From Eledone cirrhosa (taxonomy: Eukaryota), in NCBI GenBank assembly GCA_964016885.1, contig OZ024750.1, forward strand, positions 35,464,001-35,528,000: a DNA stretch of 64,000 bases. Direction: 5' to 3'. The stretch's first letter is position 1; each line of letters starts with the position of its first letter. Shown in pieces: positions 39,415 to 51,600 of the stretch. The notes beneath the pieces were generated by a model that was not told where the DNA came from, did not search any database, and worked only from the letters and a program-made list of their open reading frames with translations. A program made the translations under genes and the position numbers.

Positions 39415-40590
39415 GGAATGGCTTGTGAGGACAGTGCAAACTTTGTACAGAGGTACTCTCAGTAAAGTCAGGGTAGGAATGGAGTTTAGTGAGGAATTCC
39501 AGATACAAGTAGGAGTACATCAGGGTTCGGTCCTCAGCCCGCTCTTGTTCATTATAGTCCTCCAAGCCATAAGAGAGGAGTTTAAGACTTGGCTGTCCAT
39601 GGGAACTTCTCTATGCTGATGATCTGGTTCTTATAGCAGAATCAGTAGAGGAGCTAGAGAATAAATTCTGGCTATGGAAACAGCAGTTGGAAGCAAGAGG
39701 ACTGAGAGTGAATCTAGCTAAGACAAAAGTGTTGATCAGTAGAAAAGAGGACAGAACCCTGATTCCGTCAGGGAAATGGCCATGTTCGATATGCAGAAAA
39801 GGAACTGGCATAAATTCTATAAAATGCACACAATGCAGATCCTGGGTACACAAGAGATGTAGCGGGATAGTAGGCAAACTAACAGGTAGGGAGAAATATG
39901 TATGCAGTAGATGTACAGGGAAATTAGACAGTAGAAGTCGCATTGATAGACACATTTTTCAAATGCAAGAGGGCGCTATAGAAGTGGTGGATAGCTTCCA
40001 GTACCTAGGAGATCAGATTAGCATGGGAGGAGGGTGTTCCGAGGCCATAGTATCTAGAATAAGGACGGGTTGGAAGAAGTTTAGGGAGATGCTTCCTCTG
40101 TTGACGAAGAAGGGTTTCTCCCTGCGTACGAAAGGCCGGTTGTATGATGCCTGTGTGAGGAGCGCGATGCTGCATGGTAGTGAGACATGGGCAGCAACTG
40201 CAGAGGATATGCGATGGCTGGAGAGAAATGAGGCAAGCATGCTCCGTTGGATGTGCAGTGTAAATGTGTGTGAACGACCCAGCATATATGTGTTGAAAGA
40301 GAAACTGTGTCTGAGAGGGATAGAATGTAGTGTACGGGAGAGGAGACTGAGGTGGTATGGACATGTGAAAGTGCCAGGAAATGCCAGTTGAAGGAAGACG
40401 TGGTAGAGGTAGACCACGAAAAACATGGGCGGAGGTGGTGAGAACAGACCTCAGATCACTGAAGCTCATGGTGGAGATGACGAGGGACCGTGAGGAGTGG
40501 AGAGATGCTGTGCTGAATAAGACCCGTCCCACCCTTGCAAGCAGGGAAAAGCGGACGTAAAATGATGATGATGATGACAATGATGATGAT
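39415..40590 (+). mobile_element. RTE LINE subfamily A, 5'-truncated
   Basis: Aligns to 14363-15548; YADDL, PHD-like finger, internal deletion near 40368. Confidence 0.97.
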
Positions 40591-40894
40591 ATACGTATAT
40601 ATACATACATAAACAAGTTATTTACAATTGTATAAAAAAGAAGTATAATTGTTTCTACTTTTGGCACAAGGCCACCAATTATTCCAGTACATTACTGGTA
40701 CTTTATTATATATAATATATATAATATAACATTCCTCTCTCTTTCTTACTCTGACTTTTTAGAAAGATACATAGCTATAACGTTGCGCGCTCATAATATC
40801 TGTCTGTATGTCTGCATGTCTGCATTGACTTCGCTTCTAACCAACTTTTAATTAATTATATATATATATATAATTATATATTTGTGTATATATT

Positions 40895-41192
40895 TTTAAC
40901 AGTAATACTATACTATACTATATATTTTCAACAGTAATACTATACTATATGTATTCAAAAGTCATACTATACTATATATTTTCAACAGTAATACTATACT
41001 ATACTATATGTTTTTAACAGTAATACTATACTATATATTTTCAACAGTAATACTGTACTGTACTATATATTTTCAATAGTAATACTGTACTATACTATAT
41101 ATTTTCAACAGTAATACTGCACTATACTATATATTTTCAACAGTAATATTGTACTATACTATATATTTTCAACGGTAATACTATACTATACT
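40895..41192. repeat. ~29-34-bp AT-rich minisatellite
   Basis: Unit CTATATATTTTCAACAGTAATACTRTACTATA. Confidence 0.9.
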
Positions 41193-41949
41193 GTTGGTTT
41201 AATGAAGATGGAAGTAGAGAGGGTGTGGTGAGAGTGATTAATAGATAGAGAGATATCTAGAAAAGGGACAGAAGAATCTGAGACGGGTTGGTGAAATTGA
41301 GGTCAGGATGGAAAGATTGGACAAAAGAAAGAAAACAGTCGAGCTGTTCTTGTTATAGAGAGGTGGCACCGATACAGTTGTCGATATAACGACTGTATAG
41401 CTCTCTCACACACACACACACACACAAGCATATGAGCACACATACATTTATTAATAATTGTTTCTACTTTAGGCACAAGGTCAGCAATTACCCAGTGCAT
41501 TACTGGTACTTTATTTTATCGACCCCGTAAGGATGAAAGGCAAAGTCAACCTCGGCGGGATTTGAACTCAGATCGTAAAGGGACGTAACTATGCTGGAAA
41601 GCATGGCGTACGACCCTCTACCGATACTGCCAATCCACCGCCCATACATTTATTAATAATAATGGAAGAACGGATGTAAAACGGTGATGATGATGAATAA
41701 TGAAATTATTGCGTACAGTGCTCTACAATGTACATATATGTACATACCTACTCACATACATGCTCACATACAAACGTAAATGCATACATAAACACATGCA
41801 TACATATATACATATGTACACACATATACATGATGCTTGGATCTCATTTTCAAGAATTGACACCCCCTTATCCCCCTCTCACACATGATAGGCACCAGCT
41901 TGACACTTGAAAATGACACACAAACATATATACATATATACACATACAG

Positions 41950-41999
<50 letters not shown>

Positions 42000-42102
42000 A
42001 TAATAATTGTTTCTACTTTAGGCACAAGACCAGCAATTAACCAGTGCATTACTGGTACTTTATTTTATCGACCCCGTAAGGATGAAAAGCAAAAATAATA
42101 AT

Positions 42103-42634
42103 AATGAAATATTGTGTACAGTGCTCAGGTGCACTACAACTCATCAAAAAGTGTATGTATAGTACATAGGGTAATGTACAAACGTCAGGAAAATGAACAG
42201 TGCATGAGTCATGATATACACATGTGTGCATGTGTATGGAAGGGGTACATCAGGTGTAGTTTTGGCAAATTTCGGGAAGTATGAGGGTTTTAAAGGATGC
42301 AGTGTCTCGGCAGTTAACAACTGACACGGGCAGTTTGTTCCATGCTTCAGCAACTCTAAGCGTGAAAAAATGTTTCCGAAAGTCATGGGAGCTGTGCTGT
42401 TTTCTGATTTTGTAGGCATGTCCACGTGTGTTAGGCACATGGAGATCAAAAAGGTGCTCAGGGTTGTTGTTGGCAAGATGGTTAATAACTTTGTGGGTGT
42501 TTACCAAGTCCATTGCCAGACGTCGGAGCTTCAATGAATTCATGCCCAGGGAAGCAAGGTGTTCAGAGTATGGTAGATTTCTGATGGAGAGTATGCGCTT
42601 GGTTGCACGTCTCTGAACAGTTTCCAGACGGTCA
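42103..42634 (-). mobile_element. CR1-like LINE 3' fragment
   Basis: IDRLETVQRRATKRI...TRGHAYKIRK...RKHFFTLRVAEAWNKLP; diverged homologue of 44645-45360. Confidence 0.92.
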
Positions 42635-42756
42635 ATATATATATACACACACACACAAACATATATACATACATACACATACAGACACACATATATATAT
42701 ATACACACACACACACACAAACATATATACATACATACACATACAGACACACACAC

Positions 42757-42790
<34 letters not shown>

Positions 42791-43060
42791 ACATATATAC
42801 ATACACATACAGACGCATACACATATATATATATACACACACACATACATATACATACATACACATACAGACACACACACATATATATACACACACACAC
42901 ATACACAAGCATATATACATACATACACATAGACACACACACATATATATATATATATACACACACACACAAACATATATACATACATACACATACAGAC
43001 ACACATATATATATATATACACACACACAAACATATATACATACACATACAGACACACAC

Positions 43061-43091
<31 letters not shown>

Positions 43092-43738
43092 AACATATAT
43101 ACATACATACACATACAGACACACACACATATATATATATACACACACACACACATACACAAGCATATATACATACATACACATACAGACACACACATAT
43201 ATATATATACACACACACACACAAACATATATACATACATACACATACAGACACACATACATATATATATATACACACACACATACACATTCAAACATAT
43301 ATACATACATACACATACAGACACACATACATATATATATATACACACACACACATACAAACATATATACATACATACACATACAGACACACACACATAT
43401 ATATATACACACACACACACACAAACCTATATACATACATACACATACAGACACACACACAAACCTATATACATACATACACATACAGACAGACACACAC
43501 ATATATATATATATACACACACACACATACACAAGCATATATACATACATACACACACACATATATATATATATACACACACACAAACATATATACATAC
43601 ATACACATACAGACACACATACATATATATATACACACACACATACACATACAAACATATATACATACATACACATACAGACACACACACATATATATAT
43701 ATACACACACACATACACAAGCATATATAGATACATAC
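42635..43738. repeat. Compound (TA)/(CA) array with ~60-bp higher-order unit
   Basis: Recurrent AAACATATATACATACATACACATACAGACACAC(AT)n(AC)n. Confidence 0.95.
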
Positions 43739-43739
43739 C

Positions 43740-45362
43740 TGTGAACTATCGTCCAATCAGTCTTACTAGTTGCATCGCCAAACTGATGGAATCCTGTGTC
43801 AGAGAAATACTTTGGAACTACTGGAGCTCTCACAGTCTTATCCGGCCCTCGCAATTTGGATTTATACCCAACTCCAGCTGCTGTGATCAACTTATAGAGT
43901 TTCTTGAGGACATCACCCGGATCACTGATGGCGGCTCATAGGTGGATGTTGTTTACCTTGACTTTGCGAAAGCCTTCAATTCTGTGCCACACAAAAGGCT
44001 TATGGCAAAACTCTCTGCAATGGGTGTGAAGGATGATCTTTTTAACTGGTTGAAGTCCTTCATTCTCAGTCGAAGAGAGGTAGTCATAGTTCTAGGACAG
44101 CATTCCCTACCATATGGGATGTTATCTGGTGTACCACAAGGATCTATTCTTGGCCCCCTTTTGTTTGTGGTATATATTAATGACATAGATGCCAACTTAA
44201 AGAATGCCACGGTACTAAAGTACGCAGATGACATCAAGCTGTACCTTGAGATAAAAAGGACAGATCCTGAACACTATAGATCTTGCTTGCAGTCTGACCT
44301 GGACATAATGCAACAATGGATCTCAGACTGGCAACTCAAGCTAGCTGTGGACAAGTGCACCACCATGCATTTTTGGGAGTAAAAACCCAGCGTCCACATA
44401 CTCCCTCCACAGCACTAATATCAAGAAGACTTGTGAACGTGACTTGGGCATTACGGTCAGCAGCGATTTTCGTTGGACGAAACACGTCTCTAAAATTGTC
44501 AAGAGGGCCGAGGGTGTCTTAGCATCACTCAGCAAGACCTTTGTTAGCCGCTCTCCAGATATCTATTTAAGGCTGTACATGGCTATGGTGCGGCCACACT
44601 TAGAATTTGCATCACCAGTCTGGAACCCCTATCTTGCTCAGAACATTGACCGCCTGGAAACTGTTCAGAGACGTGCAACCAAGCGAATACCCTCCATCAG
44701 GCATCTACCATACTCTGAGCACCTTGCTTTCCTGGGCATGGATACATTGAAGCTCCGACGCCTGGCAACTGACTTGGTAAACACCCACAAAATTGTTAAC
44801 CATCTTGCCAACAACAACCCTGAGTACCTTTTTGATTTCCATGTGTCTAACACACGTGGACATGCCCACAAAGTCAGAAAACAGCACAGCTCCCATGACT
44901 TTCGGAAACATTTTTTCACGCTCAGAGTTGCTGAAGCATGGAACAAACTACCTGCATCAGTTGTTAGCTGTCGAGACACTGCATCCTTTAAGGCCTCCAT
45001 GGAACAAATTACCTGCATCAGTTGTTAGCTGTTGAGACACTGCATCCTTTAAGGCCTCCATGGAACAAATTACCTGCATCAGTTGTTAGCTGTCGAGACA
45101 CTGCATCCTTTAAGGCCTCCATAGAACAAACTACCTGCATCAGTTGTTAGCTGTCGAGACACTGCATCCGTTAAGGCCTCCATGCTTCCCGAGATCCGCC
45201 AAGACTACACCTTATGTTCCCCCTCCATACACATACACACATGTATACCATGACTCATACACTATTCACTTCCCTGACATTTGTGTATTATTCTATGTAC
45301 TATACATACACCTTTGACGAGTTGTAGTGCACCTGAGCACTTTACACAATAATTTCATTATA
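43740..45362 (+). mobile_element. CR1-like LINE, 5'-truncated RT, with internal 4x61-bp tandem duplication (44940-45183)
   Basis: NYRPISLT, QFGF, YLDFAKAFNSVPH, GVPQGSILGPLLF, YADDIKLY; one stop at ~43939 and a frameshift at ~44375. Confidence 0.95.
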
Positions 45363-45364
45363 TT

Positions 45365-46040
45365 ATAATGTATATATATAGACACCAGAAAGGTATATAA
45401 CGTATATATAGACACCAGAAAGGTATATAATGTATATATAGACCCCAGAAAGGTATATAATGTATATATAGACACCAGAAAGGTATATAACGTATATATA
45501 GACACCAGAAAGGTATATAATGTATATATATACACCAGAAAGGTATATAATGTATATATAGACACCAGAAAGGTATATAACGTATATATAGACACCAGAA
45601 ATGTATATGGTGTATATATAGACACCGGAAAGCTATATAATGTATATATAGACACCAAAAAAGTATATGGTGTATATATATAGACACCAAAAAGGTATAT
45701 GGTGTATATATAGACACCAAAAAGGTATATGGTGTATATATATACACCAGAAAGGTATATAATGTATATATAGACACCAGAAAGGTATATAATGTATATA
45801 TAGACACCAAAAAGGTATATGGTGTATATATAGACACTAGAAAGGTATATAATGATATATAGACACCGTATATTTAGACACCAAAAAGGTATATGGTGTA
45901 TATATATACACCAGAAAGGTATATAATGTATATATAGACACCAGAAAGGTATATAATGTATATATAGACACCAAAAAGGTATATGGTGTATATATAGACA
46001 CTAGAAAGGTATAGTATGTATAAATAAACACCAGAAAGGA
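45365..46040. repeat. 30-bp minisatellite
   Basis: Unit TATATATAGACACCAGAAAGGTATATAATG, ~22 copies. Confidence 0.95.
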
Positions 46041-47063
46041 ATATTATAAATATATAGTAATATGTTTTATTATCTATTTCCAAGGAATACTGAAAAAGAT
46101 TTCCATATCAAGTTAATTACATTTTCGGTATATTATTTCTGTAAGCGTAATCTTTACCTTTGAAATATTCTTGAAGATAATTTAACTGCTGTAAGCAAAT
46201 GTACGAAATATACCTCAATTTATTATATTAGTGTTCTGATATATCTAAAAATGTTGTTACTTCTATATCATAAATTGATCTGGTTCAGATATAATTTTAC
46301 AACCAACATGTCTGCTACCATTAGTTTCCTATTAATATCACTTATGTTTTGATTCTAAATAACTTAGTGAGTTATCTAAAAAGGAAATATCTATTGAGTA
46401 TAATCATAAATGTTTTGTTTAGTACTGCTTTAAATCATGTTCTTCTCTTAGAAATACTTCCTAGGCATCTAGTGAATTGCCTAGAGAATTCTGAAATAAA
46501 GACTATACTGAAAAATACTGTCTATAGGGAAGATAAATATGATAACATATTATATATATAAAAAATAAAATAAAATATAATATAATAATAATAATAATAT
46601 TAGTTGTAATGCCATGAAAGAAGCCTGTAGCTATTTGTATTAACCAGTAATATTGATTATGTGATAATGTGGCAAAAATAGAAACTTTGGAATGATATTG
46701 TTGCAGTATTGCTAGGAAGTAAAGTTTATTGTCATATTTCAAGATATTCGAACAAAATGATATTATCATCCGTAATAATGATAAAAATACCTGAGGCAAT
46801 TTATAGTATGTCTATAAATATCGTATCAAATATGTAGATACTAGAAAGATAATCAATGATAAGGCTATAAATTTGACAAACAACTTTGTAGTATCGTTAA
46901 TTTAGTGTTCAGCATGTTTTATATTGATGATATGTGACAGAAAAGCAATGATATGTGACAGAACAGAATATTGCAGCAAGCAATGTTATTAAATAAAGAA
47001 AAATGATAAATAGAAAACAAAACTAGAGAATAAGAATGGTAAGTTATGTGGAATATATATATA

Positions 47064-47160
<97 letters not shown>

Positions 47161-48921
47161 ATGTATGTGATTTATCTTGGAGTTATGTTAGTGAGTAGGT
47201 GCTGTCAAACGTGGATAGAGAGAAAATTTGTTATTATGGTTTGAAAAGGCAAATGGAATTTTATACTGAGAAACTATGTTATATGAAATAAATCAATGAA
47301 TGTATACGGATAAATGGAAAAACTGCTGATTGCATAGCTTCGAGTGCTAAATAGATAGAGACTGAAACTCTCTATCACAAAACAAGCAGTTTCAGTTCTA
47401 CTTTAAATACTAGCTTTAGCTTTTTAATTGATAAAATCTTTTTTTTTTATTTTGGCAAAGATAGTGAAATTTTTATTTGGTTACATGTACAGTAAAAAGA
47501 AAGCAGTATTGGAAAGGACTATAAATATCATGAATGAGAGGAAAAGAAGGGGAAGAGCAAGGACTATTAGAAAAAGGAAAAAAGGGGAAAGGGAGAGGGT
47601 GACAGACACTACACCTAGGTTAGAGCAGTGTTTCAGTTGCTCCTTACAAACAAAATGGCAAAGGCATTTCCATAGACACTGGCATATTGGTGAAATGAAG
47701 CTGTATATTTTGAAATTGCTTTTGAATCACAGTGGAATGATATTAGATAATGTATGTAAAAAGTTAGCAGAAATATCAAAGCAAACAACACAATATATTG
47801 AAGAAATATATTAGTTTAATGCTTGAAATAACAGGAAAAGAGTCTTAACGGTTCAGGCACTAGTCCGTCATTAGAAGATAGAGTTAGAAATAAAAGATAA
47901 AGTGAGAAGAGGAAGAAACGGAAGAAAAAGGTATGAGAAAAAAGCACACATGTGTATTCAGTCAGCCATTTTGGAGATTAGATAATGTATTTCCATAAAA
48001 AAGAGTTCATTAAACAGAAAAGGAAATATATATCTCAATATGATAATGTAAATAGCAATATTTAGGAAAATATAATAATAAAAATATTTAAACTATAGAT
48101 TAAAAGAGGACTCCCCTCCCCCTCCCATTCCACTCCTTCTCATGAATTATAGCGGGAAATATACTGAAGAGAGAGATGTTAAATAAGATAAATATAGAAT
48201 ATTTTCCTTTGATTGTAAATGTCATCCTTCTTTTAAATTCACTTCATGATGTTTGTTTTTATTTGATGTTAAATGGAATTTTTAAAATATTCATTATCTG
48301 TTAGCACTTAACTTCTAAAATTACAATTTCTAAATAAAAAAATTAAAAAAAAGCAATCTCTAAATAAAAAAATAAAAAAAGCAATTTCAAAATAAAATAA
48401 AAACTACAAACAATTTCTAAAAAAAAACAACAATATCTAAATAAAAAAAAATAATAAAAAACAATCTCTAAATAAAAAAAATTAAACAAATGAAAAAATC
48501 TTCCCTAGATATCTAAAAATTATTCCAAAACTTATTCCCCAATGCAAGCCTTTATTTAATTTTTGATCAATTATGTTTTCAAAATTATCTCCCTTGCCTA
48601 CCATTAAATCTAAGGATTTTCTATTCATTTACAGGTATAATGTCAATTGACTAGAATATTTGTTAGGATCATTTAGTTAAATATGATCTTCATTGTGAAG
48701 GAGTTGTTTAGATAATTTATTGTTATTAATTCAAATTGCTTTATCAGTGAATGTTTTCACTCAAATTGCTATATGGGTTCTGGGTCAGTATATATCATCA
48801 TCATCATTTAACGTCCTTATTCCACGCTAACATGGGTTGGACGGTTTTGTCCCACTTGAGGCGATTTTGGTCGGGAGATCGTGTCCGGAACCCATATAGC
48901 AGTTTGAGTGAAAACATTCAT

Positions 48922-48967
<46 letters not shown>

Positions 48968-48970
<3 letters not shown>

Positions 48971-49158
48971 TGAGATTCTACAGGACTAGAACTGTTTCAT
49001 TCTTTAGAAATCATCAGGAATCTCATGATTCCTGATGATTTCTAAAGAATGAAACAGTTCTAGTCCTGTAGAATCTCATCTATATTAAAACTTTTATACT
49101 CTGCAATGTATTGAGTACCTTACTTACTGTGGTTACCTCCGATTCAACCCGGAATAAC

Positions 49159-49163
<5 letters not shown>
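48968..49163. ncRNA. Palindromic pair of type I hammerheads (48970-49026 minus; 49027-49075 plus) plus 3' tail
   Basis: (ATGA)GATTC-CTGATGA-T-TTC-TAAA-GAA-T-GAA-ACAG-TTCTAGTC-CTGT-A-GAATC(TCAT) on both strands; (TA)n flanks. Confidence 0.85.
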
Positions 49164-49213
<50 letters not shown>

Positions 49214-49300
49214 TAAAATAACAGATTAAAGTTTAAGCAAAGAATCGCTGCTTTCATAGAGCCCTCTTTGGATTTTAGTCTTCAAATTTATAATTATTAC

Positions 49301-49336
<36 letters not shown>

Positions 49337-49338
49337 GT

Positions 49339-49394
<56 letters not shown>

Positions 49395-49400
49395 GTATAT

Positions 49401-49452
<52 letters not shown>

Positions 49453-49456
49453 GTAT

Positions 49457-50241
49457 GTAGACGCGTTCTTGAGACTAGTAAAATGAGGTATCCTCTTGAT
49501 AAGTCGGCAGACCTCGCAAGGACTCTATATCTTTGATATATTGTTTTTGTTTATGCCACGAAACTACGTAGTCGAGGAATTTAGGAACGGTTTAGGTATG
49601 ATACATTTTATTACTAATTATATCTAAATGTTTCTTCTCTCTTCATAATGTATTTTTAACTCTGATACTGGTTCAGTCTGGTTCAAACTGAATTGGTCTG
49701 TCCCAGTCATTCATTGAGCAACATCGGTGAAGTTGGCACCCTTAACTCACAGTTGGGTGCGGATGCATTCATGTATATATGTGTGTGTCCGCATGTATCT
49801 GTGTGTTTCTAAATATATTAATAACTCCCTCTGGTCGAGCAATCTTTGAAGTGTGAGGACAACTGGAAAGCTTCCATTACTCATACTTCTCGCCTTCTTC
49901 ACTACCTCTTCTACGGCCTCGATATGAATACCCCCTCCACCTCCGTGGTATTTTCTTCGTGGTTATAGGAGGCTTAGCTCTGTTTCTCGACCGTTATATC
50001 GCGTGACTATCTCCCCCTCCGCCTTTTGGGATTCTTTCTCACGTCGTGTAGACGCGTTCTTGAGACTAGTAAAATGAGGTATCCTCTTGATAAGTCGGCA
50101 GACCTCGCAAGGACTCTATATCTTTGATATATTGTTTTTGTTTATGCCACGAAACTACGTAGTCGAGGAATTTAGGAACGGTTTAGGTATGATACATTTT
50201 ATTACTAATTATATCTAAATGTTTCTTCTCTCTTCATAATG

Positions 50242-50243
<2 letters not shown>
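49457..50243 (+). mobile_element. Retrozyme-like 1.3-mer: 591-nt unit, ~196-bp direct repeats each holding an HHR (49491-49578, 50082-50169)
   Basis: TCCTC-TTGATAA-GTCGGCA...TGCCAC-GAA-ACTACGTAGT-C-GAGGA; repeats identical by eye; no ORF of 60 aa or more on this strand. Confidence 0.85.
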
Positions 50244-50292
<49 letters not shown>

Positions 50293-50313
50293 GTATATAT
50301 ATATATGTATATA

Positions 50314-50345
<32 letters not shown>

Positions 50346-50799
50346 GGAAAATGTTAGACCCGACGGCAGAGGTCAAGCCGTTTCAACGGCTATTTCTGAG
50401 TCCAGAAATAGCCGTCGAAACGACTTGAGCTCTGCCGTCGGGGTCTAACATGTTCCTATTAACCACTCTACTACCCTAAGTATTGAGTACTCTGGTACGT
50501 TATGGTCCATCTGGTTCCTTACCACACCTCCTTCATTATATATATATCATCATCATCATCGTTTAACGTCTATCTTCCACGCTAGCATGGGCTAGACGGG
50601 AGTTGTCCCAATTTGAGGCAAGGTTGGTCGGGTGACCGTGTCTCGCTCATATAGGATTATCTGGCAGGTTTTCTACGGCTGGATGCCCTTCCTAACACCA
50701 ACCACATTTACAGTGTGGAACTGGGAACTTTTTACCGTGTTACCTATACGACCACATTAGCAGGCTATAGCAATCAACATTAGTTTTCATCCACATTAC

Positions 50800-51493
50800 T
50801 TGTTGATGGTGATTGTGGTGGTGATGGTGATGATGGTGAAGGTGATGATAATAGTGTTGATGGTGATGATGGTGATGGTGATGATGGTGGCAATGATGAT
50901 GATGGTGGCGATGGTGGTGATGGTGAAGGTGATGATAATAGTGTTGATGGTGATGATGGTGATGGTGATGATGGTGGCAATGATGATGATGGTGGCGATG
51001 GTGGTGATGGTGAAGGTGATGATAATAGTGTTGATGGTGATGATGGTGATGGTGATGATGGTGGCAATGATGATGATGGTGGCGATGGTGGTGATGGTGA
51101 AGGTGATGATAATAGTGTTGATGGTGATGATGGTGATGGTGATTATGGTGGCGATGGTGGTGATGTTGATGGTGATTGTGGTGATGGTGATGATGGTGAT
51201 AGTGGTAATTGTGGTGGTGATGCTGGTGGTGATGATGATGGTGATTGTGGTGGCGATGGTGGTGATGGTGACGGTGGTGATGATGGTGATGATGGTGATT
51301 GTGGTGGTGATGGTGATGATGGTGATTGTGGAGCTGGTGATGCTGATGATGATGATTATAATGGTGGTGATACTGATTGTGGTGGTGATGTTGATGATGA
51401 TAATGGTGGTGATGATGGTGATGGTGGTGATGGTGATGATGATGATAATGGTGGTGATGCTGATGATGATGATAATGGTGGTGATGCTGATGA
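50800..51493. repeat. (GAT/GGT)n microsatellite with 84-bp higher-order repeats
   Basis: GGTGAAGGTGATGATAATAGTGTTGAT recurs four times at 84-bp spacing. Confidence 0.93.
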
Positions 51494-51600
51494 ATCTAAG
51501 CAGTTATCTTCACTTGGAATTTCTTTTGAAAATTAAATATTTTTTAACATAAAAATATTTAATTTACACTCAAAATGTTATCTTTAGAAATGTATATACA

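Noticed and set aside
42103-45362. CR1 pair as a single fold-back event
   Set aside because: The two copies differ at many positions and both have complete 3' ends; more simply two independent insertions.
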